DNA from: Nitrospina sp.
GTDB taxonomy: Bacteria > Nitrospinota > Nitrospinia > Nitrospinales > VA-1
NCBI GenBank assembly: GCA_018673915.1
Contig: JABHBK010000067.1
Span: 123,292 to 187,291, forward strand
DNA length: 64,000 nucleotides
Direction of reading: 5' to 3'
Shown here: positions 8,648 to 16,459 of the stretch, piece by piece
How positions within the stretch are numbered: the stretch's first letter is position 1
Layout of the letters: each line of letters begins with the position of its first letter
Position numbers and translations under genes: made by a program
The notes under the pieces: model-generated
What the model was told of the DNA's origin: nothing
Seen by the model: only the letters and a program-made list of their open reading frames with translations
The model's database searches: none

Positions 8648-8860
8648 TTAAGACTTTTGTGTGTTTTTGTTCTTTAAAAATTTCACAGTCAAACTGGTTC
8701 GGTTCTTAAATCCTGTCTTGGCGTAAATATTCCTTAAATGTGTTCTAACTGTGTATAAACTAATACCCAATATTTCACTTATTTCTTGATCTGTATTTCC
8801 ATAAGCTAAAACCCCACAAACCTCTTTTTCTCTTGGAGAGAGTTCTTCAGACCATTTCAT
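8648..8860 (-). CDS. HTH-only LuxR/GerE-family transcriptional regulator (70 aa), paralog 2
   Basis: Same length as the 5745..5957 product and roughly 80 percent identical by eye (MKWSEELSPREKEVCGVLAYGNTDQEISEILGISLYTVRTHLRNIY). Confidence 0.8.
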   Translation of the reverse strand: MKWSEELSPREKEVCGVLAYGNTDQEISEILGISLYTVRTHLRNIYAKTGFKNRTSLTVKFLKNKNTQKS

Positions 8861-8972
8861 ATAAACCCTCAGAAGCTATAAGTAAAAGACTTTTGTGGCT
8901 TTAAATTTAAATCCTAAATTTTCTCTGGCTCATGATCTCCATCTATCTCTTATCAGACAACACCCAATAAAC

Positions 8973-9005
8973 ACCTACTAAAATGTAGGTATTGACAATA
9001 CCTAC
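8973..9005. promoter_or_regulatory. nested palindromic operator candidate overlapping a -35 box
   Basis: ACCTAC (8973-8978), 6 nt, GTAGGT (8985-8990), 9 nt, ACCTAC (9000-9005). Bases 8985-9005 form a perfect 21-bp palindrome, GTAGGTATTG-A-CAATACCTAC. It contains TTGACA (8992-8997), which sits 17 nt upstream of TAAACA (9015-9020). Confidence 0.45.
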
Positions 9006-9068
9006 AAATTCGGATAAACATTCTCTTTCTCTTTCTCTTTCTTTTTTTTGACCTCAATTTTTAGGACT

Positions 9069-9941
9069 ATGGATTCAAATATCCATGAAAATCGATCGTC
9101 CTCCGACGAAGCATTTTTTACGAAACAATTAGCTAATAATTTGGAATGTGTTTTTTGGATTGCACCTCCAGATCTTTCGAAAATGCTATACATCAGTAAG
9201 GGCTATGAGCAAATCTGGGGAAAGACTTGCGAAAGTTTATACAAAAAACCAAAATCTTTTTTAGACAATGTTCATAAAGAGGACATAAAAGTTGTAAGAG
9301 AACATTTAAAAGAAATGCATCATAAGGGAACGTTTGATCACAAGTACCGCATTGTCAAACAGACAGGGGAAGTTCGCTGGGTATGGGATCGTGGATTCCC
9401 TTTAAAAAATGAGGATGGTAAAATTTATCAATCCATTGGAATAGTATTGGATATAACAGAGTCCAAACTAAGAGAAGAACGATCTTGTAACCTTATTAAG
9501 ACGATAAAGTCAGACTCTCAAAAACTAAAAAAAGATATTAAAAGTAAAAATTTAGCACTGAGCGAAATAATCCAGCAAATTGAAATCCAAAGGGAATCGT
9601 ACAAAAAAGCTGTGACAACCAATTTGAGAAAAGTTATTTTTCCAATAATTTCTGGGTTGATGAAAAAGGATCCGGCCAACATAAATAATTATCGCCTTTT
9701 GGAACACAATCTGAATACTATTTTTTCCAATTTTGGAATTAAAGTAACGGGAGATAAAGATTTATCCCCCACGGAAGTTGAAGTATGTAATTTCATTAGG
9801 AATGGTTTTCGAACTAAGGATATCGCCGCTGCTATGGGCATTGCTGTCAAAACCGTTGAAAACCATCGAAATAGTATCAGGAAAAAATTAGGCCTGATGG
9901 GTTCTGGAAAGAACCTTACCGCCCATTTGCAAGAAAACTAG
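9069..9941 (+). CDS. PAS domain-containing LuxR-family transcriptional regulator
   Basis: N-terminal PAS fold (...YRIVKQTGEVRWVWDRGFPLKNEDGKIYQSIGIVLDITE), a coiled-coil linker, and a C-terminal LuxR HTH (LSPTEVEVCNFIRNGFRTKDIAAAMGIAVKTVENHRNSIRKKLG). Start set at the first ATG, 9069. Confidence 0.8.
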   Translation: MDSNIHENRSSSDEAFFTKQLANNLECVFWIAPPDLSKMLYISKGYEQIWGKTCESLYKKPKSFLDNVHKEDIKVVREHLKEMHHKGTFDHKYRIVKQTGEVRWVWDRGFPLKNEDGKIYQSIGIVLDITESKLREERSCNLIKTIKSDSQKLKKDIKSKNLALSEIIQQIEIQRESYKKAVTTNLRKVIFPIISGLMKKDPANINNYRLLEHNLNTIFSNFGIKVTGDKDLSPTEVEVCNFIRNGFRTKDIAAAMGIAVKTVENHRNSIRKKLGLMGSGKNLTAHLQEN

Positions 9942-10098
9942 GCAACTCGCCACTTTTTCTCAGCTGATTTTACCCATTACTAGCCGATTAGAAGGTGTTG
10001 CTAGTTGCCCCCCTGTGGAAGAGTTGAATCCCTGAAAACAAAATGTTACGATACATGCCAAGCTTTTAAAATCCCGATTTTTGCATTATTGGCCGGCC

Positions 10099-10890
10099 AT
10101 GGATAAAATTTCGTTTAATTTGTCGTTATTCAGTTATCTCATGGCTTCGTTGGGCTATTTTGTTTATTTGGCATATCGCAGACCACCGGTTTCCACCTTT
10201 GCGGGTTGGATGGTTGGTTTTGGTTTGGTTTGCCAAACGGTTACTATCGGGATTCGCTCAAGCCAGACTGGGCACGGGCCATACACCACTTCATTTGAGG
10301 TGGCACTGTTTCTGTCTTGGTTGATGGTGGTGGTTTATTTTTTAACGGAGTGGAAATATAAGATTAAGGATTTGGGGGCTTTTGTCATTCCCCTGGTCTT
10401 TGTCGTGATGCTATTTTCGGCCTTTCTGTCAAAAGAAACGGCTTTAGTTCCCGAATCAGAAGTACGCTTCTGGTTGACCATGCATCGGACCTTGTCAATC
10501 ATGGGCTACGCGGCGTTTTCGATCGCGTTTGCCGCCGGTATCATGTATCTGATTCAGGAGCATCAGGTTAAATCGAAAAAGCTGGGTATGATGTATTTTA
10601 GAATGCCCTCCCTTGAAGTTCTGGACGATTTAAACTTCAAGGTAATAATGATAGGGTTTCCGTTATTCACTCTGGGATTTATGACCGGGTCAATTTGGAA
10701 CACACAAATGGACCTGCCATTTTTTTCATGGGACCTGACACGAACCTTGCCGTTAGTAGCAACCTGGTTGATTTATTGCATGGTGTTTTTTGGCAGGATG
10801 ATAGTGGGGATGCGTGGTAAAAAAGCCGCTCAAGGAGCGATTCTCGGATTTATAACTGTAATAGGGACTTATTTTTTACACATAATATGA
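10099..10890 (+). CDS. cytochrome c assembly family membrane protein (CcsA/HemX-like)
   Basis: Polytopic membrane protein directly upstream of and overlapping hemA. Has a Trp-rich stretch, GSIWNTQMDLPFFSWDL. The start is uncertain: TTG at 10081 or ATG at 10099. Confidence 0.7.
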   Translation: MDKISFNLSLFSYLMASLGYFVYLAYRRPPVSTFAGWMVGFGLVCQTVTIGIRSSQTGHGPYTTSFEVALFLSWLMVVVYFLTEWKYKIKDLGAFVIPLVFVVMLFSAFLSKETALVPESEVRFWLTMHRTLSIMGYAAFSIAFAAGIMYLIQEHQVKSKKLGMMYFRMPSLEVLDDLNFKVIMIGFPLFTLGFMTGSIWNTQMDLPFFSWDLTRTLPLVATWLIYCMVFFGRMIVGMRGKKAAQGAILGFITVIGTYFLHII

Positions 10891-12167
10891 TCTCAAGCGA
10901 AGCAAATCTTGTTCTGGTGGGAGTCAATCACAAGGCCACCCCTGTGGAAATCAGGGAAAAGCTTGCCTTCAATCAGGTGAAGCTGGAAGCCTCTCTGGAG
11001 CATTTGGTCTCCTGTCCAGAAATTACCGAGAACATCATCCTCTCGACCTGCAATCGGGTAGAAATATACGCCCGTGTCGATAATACCGATCAGGGTATTC
11101 AGCTTCTGAAAGATTTCATTTGTGACTACCACGGCCTTTCACGGGGTAGTCTGGATCAATATTTTTATAGTTATCAGGATGATCAGGCCATTGAGCATCT
11201 TTTCAGGGTTTCGGCGAGTCTGGACTCGATGATATTGGGAGAGGCCCAAATTCTGGGGCAGGTGAAGGATGCTTACAGCACAGCCCGGGCTTTAAGTTCA
11301 ACCGGACTGGTCTTGAATCAGCTCTTTGAGAAAGCGTTTAATGTAGCTAAAAAAGTAAGGGAAGAGACGGGGATCTCCGAACGCGGAGTTTCTATCAGTT
11401 CAGCCGCCGTAGAACTGGCAAAAAAAATCTTTGAGGACTTGGAAAATCACTCGGTAATGTTGGTAGGCACCGGCGAAATGGCAGAGCTGGCGGCAAAACA
11501 TCTCATTTCTTATGGCGTGAAAACGGTGTACGTAGCAAGTAGAACTTATGAGCGGGCCGCTTCTCTAGCTGAGACTTTGAATGGGTGCGCGCTGGACTTT
11601 GACGCTTTTAAAGAAGAATTGTATCGGGCGGATATTGTTATCACCTCAACTTCTGCGCCAAAATTTATTATTCATAAAGAAATGATAGAGCAGGCGATAC
11701 ACAAAAGAAAAAACAAACCGATATTCCTTATTGATATTGCCGTACCCAGAGATATTGCGCCAGAAGTGAACGATTTGGAGAATGTTTATCTATATGACAT
11801 TGATGACCTTCAGAATGTGGTGAACGCAAACATGGAGGAACGGCAGAAAGAAGCGGAAAATGCCATGGAGATCATCAAAGAGGAGGTTACTAAATTCAAC
11901 AATTGGTTCTCCACTTTGGATGCGGTTCCAACGATCGTTGAAATGCGCAACCGGGCAGAGGAGATGCGAAAAGTTGAAGTGGATAAAACCCTCAAAAACC
12001 TCGCACATATTTCTGAAGAAGATCAGAAAGCCATTCATCAATTGACGCAATCCCTGGTCAATAAGATTTTGCATAAGCCCACCATTAATTTGAAAAAGAA
12101 AACCCAGTCCCAGGATGGCCACGTCTACTTAAAGGCTATTCGTCACTTATTCCATTTGGACGATTGA
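10887..12167 (+). CDS. hemA: glutamyl-tRNA reductase
   Basis: VGVNHKATPVEIREKLAF, ILSTCNRVEIY (catalytic Cys) and the NADPH-binding GTGEMAEL motif. 4-nt overlaps with both neighbouring genes. Confidence 0.95.
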   Translation: MISSEANLVLVGVNHKATPVEIREKLAFNQVKLEASLEHLVSCPEITENIILSTCNRVEIYARVDNTDQGIQLLKDFICDYHGLSRGSLDQYFYSYQDDQAIEHLFRVSASLDSMILGEAQILGQVKDAYSTARALSSTGLVLNQLFEKAFNVAKKVREETGISERGVSISSAAVELAKKIFEDLENHSVMLVGTGEMAELAAKHLISYGVKTVYVASRTYERAASLAETLNGCALDFDAFKEELYRADIVITSTSAPKFIIHKEMIEQAIHKRKNKPIFLIDIAVPRDIAPEVNDLENVYLYDIDDLQNVVNANMEERQKEAENAMEIIKEEVTKFNNWFSTLDAVPTIVEMRNRAEEMRKVEVDKTLKNLAHISEEDQKAIHQLTQSLVNKILHKPTINLKKKTQSQDGHVYLKAIRHLFHLDD

Positions 12168-13096
12168 TGGAACCCAGAAAAATTAAAATCGGAAGCAGGG
12201 GGAGTCCCTTAGCATTGTGGCAAGCTAATTGGATTAAAGGACAGTTGGAATCACAGAACCCTGACATCCCTGTAGAAATTGTCATCATCAAAACTTCCGG
12301 AGACAAAATTCAGGATGTTCCATTGGCAAAAATTGGTGGCAAGGGATTATTCGTCAAGGAAATCGAAGAAGCTCTACTGAGCAAAGATGTCGATTTTGCA
12401 GTTCACAGCATGAAAGACATGCCTATAAAATTTCCCTTTGCATTATGTATCGCTTCGGTGACAAAAAGGGAGAATCCTTTTGACGCTTTGATTTCAAAAA
12501 ATGATATTAAGTTGGACGATCTTCCTAAAGGCGCAAAAATCGGGACCGGCAGTCTGCGAAGGATTTCACAATTGCTACATTATCGCCCTGATCTGGATTT
12601 GGTTCCGCTCCGTGGAAATTTGGAAACGAGAATCAAAAAACTGGAAACAGAAGGGCTGGATGCGATCATTTTAGCTGCGGCAGGACTAATTCGCATGGGG
12701 TGGGAGGAGCAAATTTCTGAAATCATCAGTCCAGAAATTTTATTGCCGGCCATGGGGCAGGGTGCTGTTGGAATAGAAGCCCGTAAAAATGATGTGGACA
12801 ATCAAATCCTTCTAGCCGATATGGATGATGAAAATACTCATCTAGCGCTGGATGCTGAAAGAGCTATTGTTACTCAGCTTGAAGGCGGCTGCAATGTTCC
12901 CATTGGTGCTTTTGCGACCATAGAGGAAGATGAAATGACGGTAAAAGGGTTGGTCGCCAGCCTTGATGGAAAAACCATTTACAAAAAAGAAGTAAAAGGG
13001 AACAAAGTCCACGCCATTAACCTGGGTAAAGAATTGGGCAACGAGTTATTAGAAATGGGTGGCGATAAGATTATGCAAGAAATTCATTCCAGCTGA
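12164..13096 (+). CDS. hemC: hydroxymethylbilane synthase (porphobilinogen deaminase)
   Basis: IKIGSRGSPLALWQA..., GTGSLRR and the cofactor-binding GGCNVPIG are typical HemC motifs. Confidence 0.95.
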   Translation: MMEPRKIKIGSRGSPLALWQANWIKGQLESQNPDIPVEIVIIKTSGDKIQDVPLAKIGGKGLFVKEIEEALLSKDVDFAVHSMKDMPIKFPFALCIASVTKRENPFDALISKNDIKLDDLPKGAKIGTGSLRRISQLLHYRPDLDLVPLRGNLETRIKKLETEGLDAIILAAAGLIRMGWEEQISEIISPEILLPAMGQGAVGIEARKNDVDNQILLADMDDENTHLALDAERAIVTQLEGGCNVPIGAFATIEEDEMTVKGLVASLDGKTIYKKEVKGNKVHAINLGKELGNELLEMGGDKIMQEIHSS

Positions 13097-13235
13097 GGGT
13101 CCTCCTCAGCATAAAAACTTCCAAAACCGTTTCATTCATAGACGAATGTCTGTAATGGCAATGTGTTTCTAAAATCTGCTAAAATACAAAAGGTTATAGA
13201 ATAGTATCCCTCTTAGTTATGCAGGTGTATTGCTG

Positions 13236-13844
13236 ATGCGTAAAAACAGGTTCCTTTTAATTTCTTTTGGCCTTTTCATTGGTTTGTTCGGTGTTGCCGA
13301 GGCAAACCATCTAAGTGGAAAAGTTGAGGTAGAAGGTGGAAAGGAATTAAAAAATATGATTGTGTATTTGGAGCCAGCAGAGTCATTGTCGAATAAACCT
13401 GATCCTATGGTGCATAAAGTTCTGCAAAAAGGCAGACGGTATAATCCAGACCTGATTGTAGTGAATCCCAGAGATAAAATTCAATTTTTGAATGATGAAG
13501 ACCGAGAAATTGATCACAATATTTATTCGCTAAGCAAATTTAAAAATTTTGATTTGGGATTAGGGGAAAGGGGCTCCGTTCTGGAGATAGAGATCGACAA
13601 CATTGGCTCCGGAAATTTTTATTGCTCTGTTCATCGAATGATGGAAGGTCGAATTGTCTCTATAAATACCAGACATTTTGCAATATTAGAGAAGCCGGGA
13701 AATTTTATATTGCCCAATATTCCACCTGGTAATTGGGTGGCAAAAGTTATTGTTTTTCACAAACGTTACAAGTCTATCCCGATCAATATTTCATTGAGTG
13801 GTAAGGCTCACGAGAATATTGAATTAAAGGTGGTAAAAAAATGA
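13236..13844 (+). CDS. exported blue-copper (amicyanin/plastocyanin-like) protein with a C-terminal Ig-like domain
   Basis: Signal peptide ...GLFGVAEA. Cupredoxin blocks IQFLNDEDREIDHN and YCSVHRMMEG give a type-1 Cu ligand set of H, C-x2-H-x2-M. The C-terminal part, NIPPGNWVAKV..., looks like a carboxypeptidase-regulatory-type beta sandwich. ATG at 13236 is preceded by AGGTG. Confidence 0.65.
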   Translation: MRKNRFLLISFGLFIGLFGVAEANHLSGKVEVEGGKELKNMIVYLEPAESLSNKPDPMVHKVLQKGRRYNPDLIVVNPRDKIQFLNDEDREIDHNIYSLSKFKNFDLGLGERGSVLEIEIDNIGSGNFYCSVHRMMEGRIVSINTRHFAILEKPGNFILPNIPPGNWVAKVIVFHKRYKSIPINISLSGKAHENIELKVVKK

Positions 13845-14557
13845 TCAAAACATTAGTGCTAATTTCGATTATTACTTTCATCACCTCTTGTTCATCGGCA
13901 CCTGAAATTAATCCAGGCAAGGGTGCTGTTTATGGAATCATCTCGGCTGAAAGCCACAAAGCTATTTTAGCAAAAGCCTCAAAGGAAAATGATGGGATTT
14001 ATAGCGGATTAGGAGGATTGATCTTCACAGATCAAATGGTTAATTATCCCAAGCTTAAGGAACTTTTTGTTTGCCTGTTGGACCCTTCGTTTACGGATGG
14101 AAATGACCATTTGCTCGTTGCTACCGATGAGGGTATGTCCCACAAATCCCTGGCTGTTGGCAAAGGTGATCGGTTGACAATACAAAATGATTCGTCTGAT
14201 ACGCTCACCTTTTTTCTCGCTGGCAAAGAAGACGAAATTCAAATATTTTCTCCCATTAATACTGGTGAACGTTCTTCCTTGGTTTTGGAATTCGAAGGTG
14301 ACCTTGAATTGGGAAGCGATGAGAATGAATCAATGCAAACCACCTTGTTGTCGCGAAAAGGTTTGGTTGGGCAACAACATTCTTCAGGCGAACAATATGT
14401 TTTTGAAAACCTCAATCCCGGTCAATACAAAATTTTATTCTGGTTTTGGCGATTGGGTTTGATCGAGAAAAATATAATTATTAAAGCCGGGGAGAATATC
14501 GAGTTGAACCAGATTCTATCTGTCGATAAAATTCTGGGAAGCAAAAATGAGCCTTAG
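13841..14557 (+). CDS. lipoprotein, Cu-ligand-less paralog of the upstream cupredoxin protein
   Basis: Signal peptide ending FITSC. Collinear with the upstream product: DRLTIQNDSSDTLTFF aligns with DKIQFLNDEDREIDHN, GERSSLVLEFEG with GERGSVLEIEID, and NLNPGQYKILF with NIPPGNWVAKV. The His, Cys, His and Met ligands are absent. ATGA overlap with the upstream gene. Confidence 0.6.
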   Translation: MIKTLVLISIITFITSCSSAPEINPGKGAVYGIISAESHKAILAKASKENDGIYSGLGGLIFTDQMVNYPKLKELFVCLLDPSFTDGNDHLLVATDEGMSHKSLAVGKGDRLTIQNDSSDTLTFFLAGKEDEIQIFSPINTGERSSLVLEFEGDLELGSDENESMQTTLLSRKGLVGQQHSSGEQYVFENLNPGQYKILFWFWRLGLIEKNIIIKAGENIELNQILSVDKILGSKNEP

Positions 14558-16457
14558 TGCAAAAATATTTCTATCCTTTTTTGTTTTCTTCTCTCTCCTG
14601 TTGGGGCTGACTCTTTATATTGCCAATAGTCAGACCGAGCAATTTGAAATTAAAAACCTTTCCCTGAAATTACGAGCGGCCCACTTGAGGTTTGACCAAC
14701 AGTTAAACCGTGAACTACTTCACACTTTAAAACTTGCCAAAACGCTCATATTAGATCAGAAGTTCAGATCCTTCCTATCCCAGATTAAAGATAATTTTTA
14801 CTCATTTTCCGAGGAAATCGCACTGGATGCTAATGCGGATGCGGTTTTTATGGTGGATGACACACTTCAAGTTCGCGGCATCTATCCGACGGATGATAAA
14901 TTTAAAAGCTGGGTTGTTGCAAATCTGGATCGATTCCCTATTAAAGAAATTTTGGATACCGGAGTGGATAAAAGGGGAATTATTTCCGGTGGCGGGAAAT
15001 TGATCAGCTCAGTGGCTTTGCCGCTCAAAGAATCGTTAAGCGATGACTATGCCTTAGGGGCAATGGTAATTATAAAATTTATTGATGATCAGTGGGTGGA
15101 AGAATTAATGGGCGAACAAATTGAACAAAACTTCCTTCAAGTTTTGTTCTTTAGTGATTTCAAAATTGTGGCGGATAATGTATCCGATGATATGGGTCAA
15201 AATTTGATTGAAAAATTGAAAGAAATTCCAATTGGGCCGGGGATGTTTGTCAGTGAAGGCGATAGACATATTACTCAAAAAGGTTATTACGATAATAGTG
15301 ATAATGCTGGTTATTTATATGCTACCAATCTGGATTCTTCGTTGATTCCATTTAAGATTATACAAAATAAGATTTTAATGACAGGAGTAGCTGTTTTGTT
15401 TATAGGCATTCTTTTTTCCATACTTTTTTCAAAAAGAATCGCTATGCCATTGAGGGCGCTATTGAAGGGTACCAAGGGAGTTAGTGAGGGCAATTATGAT
15501 TTTGAAATAAAGCATACCTCTAGTGATGAAGTAGGGCAGTTGGCGACAGCTTTTAATCACATGCTAAAAGGCCTTAGAGAAAAGCAATATATTCAAGACA
15601 CTTTTGGAAAGTATGTTCATCCTACAATTGTTGCTGATATCCTTTCAAATCCTGAAAAAATCCAACCTGGCGGTACAAGGAGTTATCAAACAGTTTTATT
15701 CTGTGATGTTGCAAACTTTACCAGCTTTAGCGAAACCATGGCGCCGGAAGCTTTGATTAAATTGCTCAATGAATATCTAGGGGCTATGACGGAGGAAATA
15801 TCAAACAGTCAGGGTGTTTTGGATAAATATATTGGAGATGCCATTATGGCATTCTGGGGTCCGCCCTTCACGCCAGGAAATCATTCGTTGCTGGCCTGTC
15901 AGGCAGCTCTTAGTATGCAGACTATTCTCGAAACATTAAGGCCTAAATGGCTCTCTCAGGGTCTTCCAGAAATTAAAATGAGAGTGGGAATAGCAACCGG
16001 CCATATGATCGTGGGCAATATTGGTTCAGAAAAAAATCTTGAGTATACCTGTATTGGAGATACCGTTAATTACAGCTCCAGATTAGAAGGAATCAATAAA
16101 ATGTATGGAACCGACATTATTATTGATATTTTTACAAAAAAAAATGTGGAGCACGATCTGCTTCTTAGAGAACTAGATACGATTCAAGTAAAGGGCAGAG
16201 CCCAGGGTTCTCAAATTTTTGAAGTCCTGGCTGAAATGAAAAATGTACCGCAGGAACAGGTTCGATTAAAGTCCGATTATGAAGCCGCGTTGGCTTTATA
16301 TCGTGATGGGGAGTTCGTTGAGGCAAAGGAGGCATTTATCGCCTTATTTAAAGCTTGTGGGGATATTCCAAGTAAAATAATGTCCGAACGTTGCCAAGAA
16401 TACATTGATTTTCCACCTGAGGGCTGGGTTGGAATAACTATTATGAAAGAGAAATAA
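14547..16457 (+). CDS. membrane adenylate/guanylate cyclase (class III) with periplasmic sensor domain and HAMP
   Basis: Order of parts: TM1, about 250 aa extracytoplasmic, TM2 (ILMTGVAVLFIGILFSILF), HAMP (DEVGQLATAFNHMLKGL), then cyclase motifs VLFCDVANFTSFSE, KYIGDAIMAFWG and GDTVNYSSRLEG. 11-nt overlap with the upstream gene. Confidence 0.85.
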   Translation: MSLSAKIFLSFFVFFSLLLGLTLYIANSQTEQFEIKNLSLKLRAAHLRFDQQLNRELLHTLKLAKTLILDQKFRSFLSQIKDNFYSFSEEIALDANADAVFMVDDTLQVRGIYPTDDKFKSWVVANLDRFPIKEILDTGVDKRGIISGGGKLISSVALPLKESLSDDYALGAMVIIKFIDDQWVEELMGEQIEQNFLQVLFFSDFKIVADNVSDDMGQNLIEKLKEIPIGPGMFVSEGDRHITQKGYYDNSDNAGYLYATNLDSSLIPFKIIQNKILMTGVAVLFIGILFSILFSKRIAMPLRALLKGTKGVSEGNYDFEIKHTSSDEVGQLATAFNHMLKGLREKQYIQDTFGKYVHPTIVADILSNPEKIQPGGTRSYQTVLFCDVANFTSFSETMAPEALIKLLNEYLGAMTEEISNSQGVLDKYIGDAIMAFWGPPFTPGNHSLLACQAALSMQTILETLRPKWLSQGLPEIKMRVGIATGHMIVGNIGSEKNLEYTCIGDTVNYSSRLEGINKMYGTDIIIDIFTKKNVEHDLLLRELDTIQVKGRAQGSQIFEVLAEMKNVPQEQVRLKSDYEAALALYRDGEFVEAKEAFIALFKACGDIPSKIMSERCQEYIDFPPEGWVGITIMKEK

Positions 16458-16459
16458 GT

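Noticed and set aside
5745-8860. Inverted luxR paralogs as a possible composite transposon
   Set aside because: No transposase, recombinase, terminal inverted repeats or target-site duplication is visible. The repeats are complete regulator genes.
9002-9193. ORF 9002..9193 (-, 63 aa, ...KKKKEKEKEN...)
   Set aside because: It is a translation artefact of the polypyrimidine tract read on the opposite strand, and it overlaps the start of the PAS-luxR gene.
13092-13110. Hairpin GCTGAGG-GTCCT-CCTCAGC spanning the hemC stop codon
   Set aside because: It is a perfect 7-bp stem, but it is followed by ATAAAAAC rather than a U-tract. It was not called as an intrinsic terminator.
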